Assembly: GCA_963708025.1 (NCBI GenBank)
Contig: CAVPSB010000025.1
Span: forward strand, 1 to 64,000
Length of the DNA stretch: 64,000 bases
Source: an uncultured Candidatus Rokubacteria bacterium
GTDB lineage: Bacteria; Methylomirabilota; Methylomirabilia; Rokubacteriales; DASRDR01
Direction: 5' to 3'
How positions within the stretch are numbered: position 1 is the stretch's first letter; the number at the start of each line of letters is the position of its first letter. Below, piece by piece: positions 27,354-37,274 of this stretch. The notes below the pieces were generated by a model. The model did no database searches, was not told where the DNA came from, and saw nothing but the letters and a program-made list of their open reading frames with translations. A program made the translations under genes and the position numbers.

Positions 27354-27907
27354 CTATTCCCGTCTTCGATTCTTGGGCTGCAGCCCTCGCTCGAGCTTCC
27401 GTGCGGCCTTCAGCATCGTGGACTCGTCGGAGTGGGCGTAGATCCCCAGGGTCGTGGTGATCTGCGCGTGGTCGAGCCACGTCTGGACGGTCTTCGGATC
27501 GACCCGCGCCCGAGTCATCACGGAACCCGTCATGTGCCGCGCATTGTGGAAGCGGAGCGTCGGGAGCCCGCAGGCTTTGCGCGTCCGGTCCCACGCCTTC
27601 TTCGGGAAGGCGCGGAGGACCTCGCCGTACTGAGTGATCATCGCCGGGTCGTGCCGGCGCCAGAGAACAGGACGGGATGCAGCTCCGGCTCATGGGCCCT
27701 GGCGTAGGCTACGAGGCGCTCCCAGGTCTCCGCGTCCGGGAGCATCGGCGCGGAGCGGTCGATGATCGGGAGGCGCACGCGGCGCGAGGGGTCCCGCTCG
27801 AGCAACGGCGGATCCCAGACGTTCACGGCCAAGCTGCAGAGATGCCGGAGGGCCTTCAGGTAGTGCGCGACGGTCTGCTCGCTGCGGAACCGAACCTTCG
27901 GCTGCAC
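27354..27907 (-). pseudogene. Tyrosine integrase remnant (two pieces, internal deletion)
   Basis: LRFHNARH (HxxR) and WLDHAQITTTLGIYAH (H..Y). The upstream piece SEQTVAHYLKALRHL is core-binding-like. Confidence 0.85.
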
Positions 27908-28081
27908 GTCCGGCCCCGAATGCTTCCCCGCGCCAGGAGCCGGCGATCCGGATGGCCGGCTCGGGATCGGGTTGCTCCGGCCGGCGGTCGGGGATCTGGA
28001 GCGTCGGATCCTTCTGTCGAGTGCGTCCGGTCATGTCGTCACCCCTGGGGGTGGGGCTTCCGCCGACATCCGGCTGGTCCC

Positions 28082-28745
28082 TCACGGGATACCGTCCACT
28101 CGGTCGGCGCCGGCCACGGTTTCGGGCGCGGCCCGCGAGCCTCCGCTGGACCGCCCGAGCTTCAGCGTGGCCCCTTCCTCCGGCTTGGCCTTCCGGTGCC
28201 CGAACCAGGGCGGGGTCGGCGTGCGCGCCGGGGCGAGGGCGGCCTCCAGCGTCGGCTGCCGCGTGAAGAGCGCCCTCAGGGCGCGCGAGTCCACGGAAAG
28301 GAGCGGCCAGGGATCGCCCCCCGCATCGGCCACCGCGCGAGCGACCTCCTTCGGGTCATAGCGGCCGCTCGTGGGGAAGAACCCCACGTCCAGGTCGTCT
28401 ACCGCCAGCGGGTCCTGATCCTCGAGGTACTGCTTGAGGCGCTCGCGGAGGCGCCCGACCCGGGCCTCGCCGGCGAGGAGGAGCCCGGCGAGCCGGCGGG
28501 CCTCGACGTCGTCAGGGATCGGCGCCTCGTCCATCGCCTCGAGCGCGGCCTGGCCCGCGGGGCAGCGGTTCACCCACGGGCACGTGCCGCACGCCGTCGA
28601 GGGTCGGGGCGGAAACGCTTCCGGATCGTCTTGGTCGCCGACCGGCTGCGGGAGCCGTAGCACGTACTCGAAGCGGTACGCCGCCGGGCAGCCGTCCCAG
28701 ACCTCGAAACGCGACGGGCTGAGGCGCGGGAGCGTCCGGGCGGCG
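28082..28745 (-). pseudogene. PD-(D/E)XK (RecB/Cas4-like) nuclease remnant lacking its catalytic core
   Basis: [21 protein letters not shown] runs in frame into [19 protein letters not shown]. Confidence 0.65.
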
Positions 28746-28752
28746 AGCCCGA

Positions 28753-28898
28753 GCCAGTTTTCGTTCGCCCAACAGAGACAGAAGGGAAACTAGCCTGCCC
28801 GAACGGAGTACTTCTTCGAACGGCCTGTTCAACAGTCGTTTGCCGTTAAACCAATAGTGGTAGTAGCAAAACCCCGAGATGCCGTATTGCCGGGCCAA
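28753..28898 (-). pseudogene. WbsX/GH99-like glycosyltransferase fragment
   Basis: [25 protein letters not shown], then [12 protein letters not shown]. Confidence 0.8.
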
Positions 28899-29137
28899 TT
28901 CACAGCCGGGTCAACTCTAGGCCGCCACATACGAGGAAGAGTGACTGGAGCATCTGGTGAGCGTTGATGTGATACCGCCTCCGTCGCCAGGTTCCGGAGG
29001 CTGAACTTGCCGCGTGAAGAAGTTGGTGGGTCTTCAGAAACCCGTGACTGGAAACTCCTCTTACCGCGAGGGCGGCAGGCGTTGACGAAAGCGGACGGGC
29101 CATCGCCGAGTCCCTCCTCCGTTTTCAGCCATTCGAC

Positions 29138-30904
29138 CTAAGGCCGTGCCTCCTTCGTGTTGGCCTTCAGCCATTCAATGATCGCCGCCAACCCTTCCTC
29201 ACCCACCTGCTGGGCCGGCATCGTCGTTCCCGGGACGATCTCTTGCGGGTTGCGGATGTAGTCTTGCAGGGTACGTTCCGTCCACGTAAACGAGGATTTC
29301 CTCAGCGCGTTCGAATAATTCACGCCGGGTTGCGTTCCCGCCTTTCGACCGAACATTCTGTACAAACTGGGGGCGCCGGCACCGGAATGACAGACCAGGC
29401 AGGATGACAGCTCGGGTACCGTTGGAGCTTCGACACTCACGGAAGCCGACGCCTTCTGTAAGATGGTGAGGGCGGCTTGGTCGTCATGGAACATGACGAT
29501 CGCCCCGTTGCCGCTTTGGTGGACGTACCGAATGCGGTAACCGATCGGAATCCGTTCCATGAAACGAACTTTGCCGCCATCGTAGATCGTGCGGTAGAGT
29601 GACGCGTCCTTGAGCGATGCCAAGAGGAGCGAACCGTCCCAGTCCGGGTGAAAGCCCTCGACGTAGGTGATGTTGGAAAGCCCGACGTCGGGGATGAAGG
29701 CAAAGACCGGTTTTTCGAAGCGGCTGTGCCGCTGCTGGCGGAGTGAAAAGGGCCAGGATGTCGTGTTGTAATTCACTCCATAGGTTTCCGCTGGCCAGCC
29801 GAAATTGGGGATCTCGCCCCGCTGAATCCTCTCTCGCGATATCAGGTTCAGCTCCTCGCCGCCCTGAGGTCCGTGTTCGGTTGTGAACACGCCTTCCTTG
29901 GTCACCACGATCCCTTGGTGGTTGCGATGCCCCATCGAGATCAGGCGATACTCGCCCGTTTCTGTGTTCAGCAGGATGGTCTTACCATAGTCGTTGTCAC
30001 GCTCGGCTGGAAGCGGGTCCGGGCGGGTTATCCCGTCATGGCCGTAGTCGCCGATGGTCACGACGAGATGGTGCTCGTCGAAAAGAGCCAGGCGGTTTCC
30101 GCCCTGCCACCAGATGAGCGGCAGACTTTCCTCTAGAACCAGCTGGAGGCAAGGCTTTGACCGGTAGATCACTTTCCAATCCGCTCCGTCAGCAAGATCG
30201 CCGAGACTTGAGACGGTCTTCTTTGCCACGCGGGATTGATAGCAGCGGTTTTCCGAATCCCAGGCGGAATACCCAACGAAGACCTCGGTGGCGCCCTTCT
30301 TTCGCGGCACTGCCAGAATGCCTTCATAGCGAAGTCTGATCGGCTCGACGGGCGGCCTGGACGCCGATTTCGATCCGTGCGCGAGGAAGTACTCACGTAG
30401 AGCATCGAGTCCGTTGTGGGGTGCGGCAAAAGGTACCTCCTCGAGCTGCACGTCCTGATCGCGGAGGGTAAGGCGGATCATGCGGCCTTGGCCCTCGAGG
30501 ATCAGGACATCGCCCCCGAAATCGGTCACGCCGCCGCCCTTCATTCCTCCTTTGCTCACATCCCAAAACGGGTGGCCACGGTCCCCTCGCACGAGGATGC
30601 GGTTCAAGACCAAGGATTGGTGCCGGAAGTCGCTCTTCTCGATCGCCCGATAGAGGCGTGGCCTCGGCGCGGGAGTCGATCCCGGAGAAGAACGGCCGGA
30701 AAGCGCGGTGATCATCCCGTAGCCGGATCGTATCCCTCGGTAAGAGGCGGCGATCAGCGAATAGGGGAAGACCTCGTATCGTCCGACGGCCGCTCCATAG
30801 GCGAAAACGAGGCCGGACGATGCGGCGCCCCAGGCCAGACCGAGAAAAAGGTGGCGGCGGACAAGCCCCGCGAAGTCCTTGACGAACGCTGCCAGCGCCT
30901 TCAT
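29138..30904 (-). CDS. PQQ-type glucose/sorbosone dehydrogenase-like beta-propeller fused to C-terminal cytochrome c
   Basis: N-terminal TM helix, GHRNHQGI, TEHGPQGGEELNLI, NFGWP. CLVCH heme motif and a cytochrome c2-like tail (NPQEIVPGTTM). Confidence 0.85.
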   Translation of the reverse strand: MKALAAFVKDFAGLVRRHLFLGLAWGAASSGLVFAYGAAVGRYEVFPYSLIAASYRGIRSGYGMITALSGRSSPGSTPAPRPRLYRAIEKSDFRHQSLVLNRILVRGDRGHPFWDVSKGGMKGGGVTDFGGDVLILEGQGRMIRLTLRDQDVQLEEVPFAAPHNGLDALREYFLAHGSKSASRPPVEPIRLRYEGILAVPRKKGATEVFVGYSAWDSENRCYQSRVAKKTVSSLGDLADGADWKVIYRSKPCLQLVLEESLPLIWWQGGNRLALFDEHHLVVTIGDYGHDGITRPDPLPAERDNDYGKTILLNTETGEYRLISMGHRNHQGIVVTKEGVFTTEHGPQGGEELNLISRERIQRGEIPNFGWPAETYGVNYNTTSWPFSLRQQRHSRFEKPVFAFIPDVGLSNITYVEGFHPDWDGSLLLASLKDASLYRTIYDGGKVRFMERIPIGYRIRYVHQSGNGAIVMFHDDQAALTILQKASASVSVEAPTVPELSSCLVCHSGAGAPSLYRMFGRKAGTQPGVNYSNALRKSSFTWTERTLQDYIRNPQEIVPGTTMPAQQVGEEGLAAIIEWLKANTKEARP

Positions 30905-31814
30905 CGAAGGTCCCTCAAGAAAACGGAAGGCCGGTGAAGTCTACAGAACCTCGCGGCGTCTCGCGGCCGATCGGTCAGGCGCGCCCTCAGGCGGCCGACG
31001 CGATCGCCCGCCGTCCGGGTACGTGGGGATCTCAAGGTCATGATCTCCTGCCCCTGCTCCTGATCGCCAACATCAAGCTGCGAATCGATGGTCTCATGCT
31101 GTTCCCAGGCGCTTGGTCGCGACGGACTCTTCGAAACCTCTGCAGATTCGGACTATTGTCCACAGCAGCACAACCGCCTCGCGCGTCGCGGGCCGCTGCG
31201 ATCGTACCCGCGAGCAAGGCGCTGGTCGCCCTCCACGGCAGGCTCACCCCCACCTGACATCACCCGCCGCTCACCTTGCCGAGTCTGGATACCGACTGCG
31301 CGATCCTCGAAATGGTTCTGTCAATCACACGCAGTGGTCTGGTAATTGCGCGGCCCGTTCTCCACGTCCATGGTCACTTCAACGCGTCCAGCTCCGCTAT
31401 CGTGCCGAACAACGGCGGCGGCGGTGGTTGCGCCGTTACGCCCTCGGCGGCGACAGCCGCCGCAGCGTTTCCAACCTTCCAGCTCTCTATTTTCGGCGTC
31501 CGAAATCCTCGGGTCGGCGATCCCTTTTCGGGTCACCCCACAGAGCCATTCTGCTCCCTCTTCGCCAAGCGGGAACTGGTAGTGGTGGGTGTACGCTTGA
31601 CGAGTTTGACTCCCCATTGCCTGCCCGGCCACCGCGGGCAGCACTGTCATCTCGACGCCCAAGCTGCAACGGCGGACTGTATCCAGGAGGCTAGGCGGTC
31701 CTATGCGCCTTTCTCGATCCCCGTCCTCGCCCCGCGTCACCCCGGCTCGGGCCTCCGGTGGCCAGAGAATAGCGCGCAGCGTGCCGGCGGGCAAGGGCAG
31801 TTCCGCCGCCTCTT

Positions 31815-32167
31815 GATGGTCTATAGAAATGTCCTCCCTAACTGTTCAGTAGAAATGTCCTCCCATGGAGACATGGGAGACCGTCACGATGAGTCGAAAG
31901 GAGGCCCCCCGGGCCGGGCTGGTCAAGGCGGCCCTCGCCGGGCAGATCACCAATGCCCACGGCGCTCACGCCCTCGGCCTCAGCCTCCGGCAGTTCCGCA
32001 GCCTCAAGGCTCGCTATCAGGAGAAGGCGATCCGGGGCCTGGTGCATGGGTTGCGGGGCCGGGCCTCCCCGCGGGCGCTGGAGGTCGAGGTCCGGGATCG
32101 GGTGCGGGAGCTCATCCAGACCACCTACCGGGAGCTCAATGACGCGCACTGCACCGAGAAGCTGTGG
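31815..32167 (+). mobile_element. IS1202/ISNCY-like element left end and truncated transposase
   Basis: 15-bp direct repeats TAGAAATGTCCTCCC (31824, 31850). HTH sequence ..ALGLSLRQFRSLKARY..GLVHGLRGR. Cut at 32168 by an IS21 end. Confidence 0.7.
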
Positions 32168-33358
32168 TGTCAACGGGCACCCCAATCTCCCCAGCTGCGG
32201 TCATCGAAAATTCCTCACCCCCCGGGTTCACTCCGTGGCCTCGGCGGGGCGGACGAGGCCGGCCTTGAGCTTGTCCTTGAGCCGGTAGGACTGGCCCCGG
32301 ATGTTCAGGGTGATGGCGTGATGGAGGATGCGGTCCAGGGCGGCCGTGGCGATGACCCGGTCGCCGAAGACCTCCCCCCAGCTGCCGAAGCTCTGGTTGC
32401 TCGGATCATGGCCCCGCGCTCGTAGCGCCGGCTGATGAGCTGGAAGAACAGGTTGGCCCCGGCCCGGTCGATCGGCAGGTAGCCGATCTCGTCGATGATG
32501 AGCAGCCGCGGCGTCGTGTAGACCTTCAGTCGGTCGTCCAGGCGCCCCTCGGCCACGGCGCGGGTGAGGCTCGTGATGAGGGCGGCCGCCGTGGTGAACA
32601 AGACCCCGTAGCCTCGCTCGATGGCCGTGAGCCCGAGGCCGATTGCCAAGTGCGTCTTCCCAACGCCGGGGGGCCGAGGATCACCAGATTCTCGCCATGC
32701 TCGATGAAGTGGCACGTGGCGAGCGTCTGGACCTGCTTCTTGTCGAGGGAGGGCTGGTAGCTGAAGTCGAAGGCATCCAGCCCCTTGACGAAGGGGAAGC
32801 GGGCGAGCTGGGTCGCATGGTGACGTGCTTGGCCGTCTTGGAGGCGACCTCTTCGGTGAGGACTTGGTCGAGGAAGTCGGCGAAGGTGAGCTCCTTCGTC
32901 GTCGCCTCCTGCAAGAGGGCCTCGAGCCGCTCGCGGCTCTTGAAGAGACGGAGACGCTGCAGGTGCTCGTGGAGGCGCTTGAGCTGGCGGCCTTCATGGC
33001 CCCACCTCGGCCAGGACGACGGATTCGGCGGCCCCGGCCGGCGGCGGCAATCGCTCAGCGCCTCCAGGACTGTGAGTTCAGAGGGGGGCTGCTATCTCCG
33101 TATTCCCCAGGAGCGCGTCGCAGACGGCCAGGTCGCGGACCTCAACGACCGCCGTCGGCGCGCGGCCCCGAGTGGGGGGCGGGCTGGAGTGCCGCTGGCG
33201 GGCGGTGCGGGCGCTGGCGCCAGGCCCGTGCTCGGGCAGGATCCGGAGTTGATGTTTGCCCTGGAGCTCCGGATGCTCGACCACGACGGCCTCGCGGTGG
33301 AGGATCCGCAGCGTGCCGTTGTGGCGGTGGACTTCCACGGGCTGGCCGATCAGGGTAA
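32168..33358 (-). mobile_element. istB: IS21-family remnant (istB with frameshifts, istA 3' end)
   Basis: TGTCAACG terminal repeat. [36 protein letters not shown]. istA tail VEVRDLAV. Confidence 0.85.
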
Positions 33359-33359
33359 A

Positions 33360-33704
33360 CGGGACTGATGACGGCCCGGCATCGGGCGCGCCTGCCTCGG
33401 TTGCTCGGGCAGAGCGCCGCCGCGTTTGGCTTCGCCACCGACCTGTGGACCACCGGCCGGATCGCCACCCTGATCCGCCGGCGGTTCGGCGTGCTTCTGC
33501 ACCGCGCCCATGTCGGGCGGGACTTGGCCACCCTTGGCTGGTCCTGCCAGAAGCCCGAGCGGCGGGCGGTCGAACGCGATGAGGCGGCGATCGCGCATTG
33601 GAAACGCTATCGCCGGGTCGCCATCAAAAAAAAGCCCAGCGCCTGAACACCCATCTGGTGTTCCTGGACGAGTTGGGCTTCCTCCTGATCCCGAACGTGC
33701 GACG
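33360..33704 (+). mobile_element. IS630-family transposase fragment
   Basis: DLWTTGRIATLIRRRFGV..LGWSCQKPERRAVERDE, A8G slippery site, then LVFLDE.GF. Confidence 0.8.
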
Positions 33705-33813
33705 TAATGTGAAGCTGAGGAAGGCAGGACAGAACGGATTACTGCGGCCTACACGGTCAACTCCACATTACTGACGGCTCACCATTAGTCGAGTAATGTT
33801 TAGCTCCACATTA

Positions 33814-34154
33814 CTCGACGATTGGGCCCTGGCGCCGCTGCAGGAGGCCGAGCGCCGTGATGTGCTGGAGATCCTCGAGGACCGCTCCGGCACCCGCTCG
33901 ACCATCGTCACCAGCCAGCTGCCGCCCGGCCAGTGGCCCGACTACGTGGCCGATCCAACCCTGGCCGACGCGATCTGCGATCGCCTACTCCACAACGCGC
34001 ACCGAATCGTGCTAAAAGGACCGTCACGGAGGAAGGAGGGGAAGCTCGAGAGCTACAGATCGCTTCATCGTGATCAGCTCGATCGGGGATCATGGTCGGA
34101 GCGGAGCGACGCTGGGCGTCGGCGGCTAGGTGATCACGATCGCCGAAATGCGCA
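33814..34154 (+). mobile_element. Second IS21-family istB 3' fragment with right end
   Basis: LDDWALAPL..LEILEDR..TIVTSQLP..LADAICDRLLHNAHRIVLKGPS. End sequence GATCACGATCGCCGAAATGCGCA. Confidence 0.8.
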
Positions 34155-34500
34155 GGAAGGGAGACACGGGCGGTGCGATAAGTGTTGACCAGCCCGACCA
34201 AGCGGCCCCTTCGAGCCTCGTACACGCCACCCCCGCTCGAGCCGTAGCTGACCGACGCGTCCACCATGAGCTGCGGCGCGGGCTCCCTCCGGGCAAGGCC
34301 CAGGCCTGTCAAGCTAGAGGCGGCGGGTTCAAGTCCCGTCGACGGCGAGACCCAAGGAGACCGCCAAGCAGGTGAGGCGCATCGCTCGCCGGACCGCCGA
34401 CCTCCTCGGCATCGGCCGTGACCTGCGAGACGACGAGATCGAGACGGGCTCCCCCGTGCTCCATGCCCACCATGGCGGCCACCCGGCATTCAACCGGCCG
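34155..34500 (-). pseudogene. Trypsin-like serine protease remnant
   Basis: LMVDASVSYGSSGGGVY..GRLVGLV contains the catalytic Ser motif. Truncated by the IS end. Confidence 0.6.
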
Positions 34501-34716
34501 GGCCGGGGCAGGACCGCGGCCGGCTCCGTCGGGCCCGGGCCGATGGTCAGAAAGGTCCCGCCTGGCTACCGCCGGCGTCGCCAAAAAACTTCGCTACGAA
34601 TTTCGCTACGATTCGCCATCAAAACCCGTCTCACCCGATCACAATCCATCCCAGGAGTCCCGGGGCCGCGGACATGACCTGCCCCGCGCCGGGCGCGGGG
34701 ATTCGGGCCTGGAGGG

Positions 34717-34791
34717 TGGTGGCGGTGGGAGGACTTGAACCTCCGACCAAGGGCTTATGAGACCCCTGCTCTGCCTCTGAGCTACACCGCC
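34717..34791 (-). tRNA. tRNA-Met (CAT), elongator type
   Basis: GGCGGTGTAGCTCAGAGGCAGAGCAGGGGTCTCATAAGCCCTTGGTCGGAGGTTCAAGTCCTCCCACCGCCACCA folds as a cloverleaf with G1-C72 and encoded CCA. Ile2 identity is not excluded. Confidence 0.95.
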
Positions 34792-34905
34792 GTCCTCGTC
34801 GCCTCGCGGGCCCCGCTTCTCCTCACTCCAGGACCCAGGAGTGACGCACGCGGCGGAGGGCGCGGGGGGGCCGGCGCCGTCGCTGCAGCACGGCGCCGAC
34901 GTCGC

Positions 34906-34955
34906 ATTATACCCCGTCCCGCTCGGCTGGACACGCTCGACCCCTTTGTTATAAT
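34906..34955. promoter_or_regulatory. Back-to-back sigma70 promoters (tRNA-Met and acidic protein)
   Basis: Plus strand: TGGACA-16-TATAAT with extended TG. Minus strand: TATAAT at 34911-34906. Confidence 0.65.
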
Positions 34956-35037
34956 CGGTTCATCGTCCCCACCCCGAAGAAAGGCGCACCGACGACATCG
35001 CTTTCTGACATCAAGGCAACGATCCCACGGAGGAGCT

Positions 35038-35298
35038 ATGAGGCTGCGGAGGCGCCCAGACGTCGAGGACGAGGAAAACCCGCACTACGCGACCGATGAC
35101 GACGGGGACGAGGAGCTTGACAAGGACGAGGAGCTTGACAAGGACGAGGAGGAGGACGACGACGAGGAGGACGAGGACCTCGACGACGACGACTTCGAAG
35201 ACGACGACGAAGAGCTCGACGACGACGAGGATCTCGAAGACGAGGAGGACGACGACGAGGAGGACGAGGAGGACGAGGAGGAGGGGGACGACGACTAG
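35038..35298 (+). CDS. Extremely acidic 86-aa protein
   Basis: GGAGGAG RBS and its own promoter. About 62 of 86 residues are D/E. Confidence 0.75.
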   Translation: MRLRRRPDVEDEENPHYATDDDGDEELDKDEELDKDEEEDDDEEDEDLDDDDFEDDDEELDDDEDLEDEEDDDEEDEEDEEEGDDD

Positions 35299-35369
35299 CT
35301 CCGCCACCACCCGAGTCCGTGTCGCTCGCGTGAATCGCCCCGGGCGGTCTCGACCGGCGTAGGCGTCGC

Positions 35370-35621
35370 ATGCCCCTCTCCCATCTCTGGGCGGACTTCG
35401 GGGCGGAGGTGATCCGCGAGGAGGTGCACCACCCCGTCCACGGCCCGGTTCGGGTCGTGGGCCTGCCCGTGTTCCTCCACCGCACACGGGCGAAGGCCAC
35501 CGCGCCCTCGCCGCTGCCGGGCCAGCACACCCGCGAGATCCTGAGCGCCGCGGGCCATGACGCCGTCGCGATCGACCGTCCCCTGGCGGAGAAGGTCGCG
35601 GCGGAAACACCGCTGCCCTAG
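35370..35621 (+). pseudogene. CaiB/BaiF CoA-transferase remnant (internal deletion)
   Basis: N-terminal ADFGAEVI is joined to C-terminal EVHHPVHG..PLPGQHTREIL. Confidence 0.65.
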
Positions 35622-35635
35622 AGGTCTGGACCCAC

Positions 35636-36421
35636 ATGAGCGACGAGATCCTGGTCGAACGCCGTGATCACATCGCCACCATCGTCTTCAACCGGCCCCA
35701 CGTCCGGAACGCGTTCAATCTCGCCATGTGGACGGCGCTCCCGGAGGTCATCGAGGGGCTCGTCCGCGACCCGGCGGTGCGGTGCATCGTCGTCCGGGGC
35801 GCCGGCGAGGAGGCGTTCGCCTCCGGCGCCGACATCTCGGAGTTCAAGGAGCAGCGGAAGGACCGCGCGACCGCCGAGGCGTACAACAAGCGCACCGAGG
35901 GCGCCTACCGGGCCCTGCAGACCTGCCCGAAGCCGACGGTCGCCATGATCTACGGCTTCTGCATGGGCGGGGCGGTGGCGATGGCGCTGGCCTGCGACCT
36001 CCGGTTCGCCGCGGACACCGGAAAGTTCGGCATCCCGGCGGCCCGGCTCGGCATCATCTACGGGCTCCACTCGGTGAAGCGCCTGGTCAGCCTGGTGGGC
36101 CCGGCGGCGGCGAAGGACATCCTGTTCTCGGCGCGCACACTCGACGCCGCGGAAGCCCTGCGGATCGGCTTCGTCAACCGCGTCCTGCCGGCCGCCGACG
36201 TGGCCGCCCACACCTACGAGTACCTGGCCAAGGTGGCCGAGAACGCCCCGCTCTCGGTCCAGGGCGCCAAGCTGATCGTCGAGTCCATCGTCGAGGACGG
36301 GGGGGTGGCCCGGCAGGCCGACATCGGCCGCCTGCAGATCAGCGCGTTCGAGAGCGAGGACTACCGCGAAGGGACGGCGGCGTTCATGGAGAAGCGGCGG
36401 CCGAAGTTCCACGGCCGGTGA
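35636..36421 (+). CDS. Enoyl-CoA hydratase/isomerase
   Basis: FASGADISEF, GFCMGGA..LACDLR, EGTAAFMEKRRPKF. Confidence 0.93.
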   Translation: MSDEILVERRDHIATIVFNRPHVRNAFNLAMWTALPEVIEGLVRDPAVRCIVVRGAGEEAFASGADISEFKEQRKDRATAEAYNKRTEGAYRALQTCPKPTVAMIYGFCMGGAVAMALACDLRFAADTGKFGIPAARLGIIYGLHSVKRLVSLVGPAAAKDILFSARTLDAAEALRIGFVNRVLPAADVAAHTYEYLAKVAENAPLSVQGAKLIVESIVEDGGVARQADIGRLQISAFESEDYREGTAAFMEKRRPKFHGR

Positions 36422-36654
36422 GCCCGGGCCGATACCCGTCGCCGCGGTCGTCCTCCATCCCGGCCGGGACGCGCTCGGCCTGCGTCGATCGGACGGCCTT
36501 CGGCCTGGGGGCGTCCGTCCCGGCCTCAGGGGGCCTCGCCGAGGGGCCCGGTGGACGGGTGCGGTCAGGAAAGTCAAGGGTTTCGGGGGGTCGCCGGCAT
36601 CTGGTATACTCGGAGTCGAGCCACGTCAATTCATTCCGCTTCGAGGAGGCATGC

Positions 36655-36979
36655 ATGATCGCGATCAGTGAATCGGCCGCCAAGAAGGTCCAGGACCTGC
36701 GCCTGGAGGAAGGGAAGCCCGAGTGGGGGCTCCGGCTCCGCGTGGTGGGCGGCGGCTGCTCCGGCTTCTCCTACGAGCTGGGCTGGGAGGACGCCGAGCA
36801 GGACGGGGACCAGGTCGCCGAGTCGCAAGGCGTCAGGGTGTACGTTCGACCCGATGAGCGTCCAGTACGTCGACGGGGTCGAGATCGACTACGTGGACAG
36901 CCTCTACGGCTCGGGCTTCTCGATCAAGAACCCCAACGCCAAGGGCTCCTGCGGCTGCGGGCATTCCTTCCAGGCCTGA
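36655..36979 (+). CDS. iscA: A-type Fe-S carrier (IscA/ErpA/HesB), frameshift near 36845
   Basis: GGGCSGFSY in one frame and [14 protein letters not shown] in the other. Confidence 0.9.
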
Positions 36980-37004
36980 CGGCGCGCCCCTCGCCGGTCC
37001 CGCC

Positions 37005-37274
37005 GTGAAGGTGGCGGTTTGCCTGTTCGCCCGCTACCGTGAGGCCGCGGGGCGGGACCGTGTCGAGGTGGATGTCCCGGAGGGCGCGACCGTGGAAGAC
37101 GTGTGGCGCGCCCTCTCGTCCGCGCACCCCGTGCTCGCCCGGTACCGCCCGCACACCCTGTTCGCCGTCGGCAACGACTACGTCACCCCGGAGCGGGCCC
37201 TCCAGCCCGGCGAAGAGGTGGCCTGCTTCCCGCCCGTGAGTGGCGGCAGTCGCCATGATCCGCGTCACCGCTGA
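37005..37274 (+). CDS. moaD: Molybdopterin synthase sulfur carrier
   Basis: FARYREAAG..EEVACFPPVSGG, followed by an 8-aa extension. Confidence 0.88.
   Translation: MKVAVCLFARYREAAGRDRVEVDVPEGATVEDVWRALSSAHPVLARYRPHTLFAVGNDYVTPERALQPGEEVACFPPVSGGSRHDPRHR

Larger units (their letters stand above)
26008..34765. mobile_element. Decayed integrative element / genomic island at tRNA-Met
   Basis: Flanking att repeats, tyrosine integrase remnant, TA pair, IS debris and lower-GC cargo. Confidence 0.9.

Noticed and set aside
28082-28745. cas4 of a CRISPR-Cas system
   Set aside because: No cas1/cas2 or array, and the catalytic core is missing.
31156-31164. DnaA box TTGTCCACA
   Set aside because: Single mismatched copy inside the island with no cluster.
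31276-32142. 288-aa ORF containing NNGGGGGCAV (C-terminal sorting-signal-like)
   Set aside because: Only the short motif looks protein-like. No intact TM/basic tail or upstream domain, so at most a remnant.
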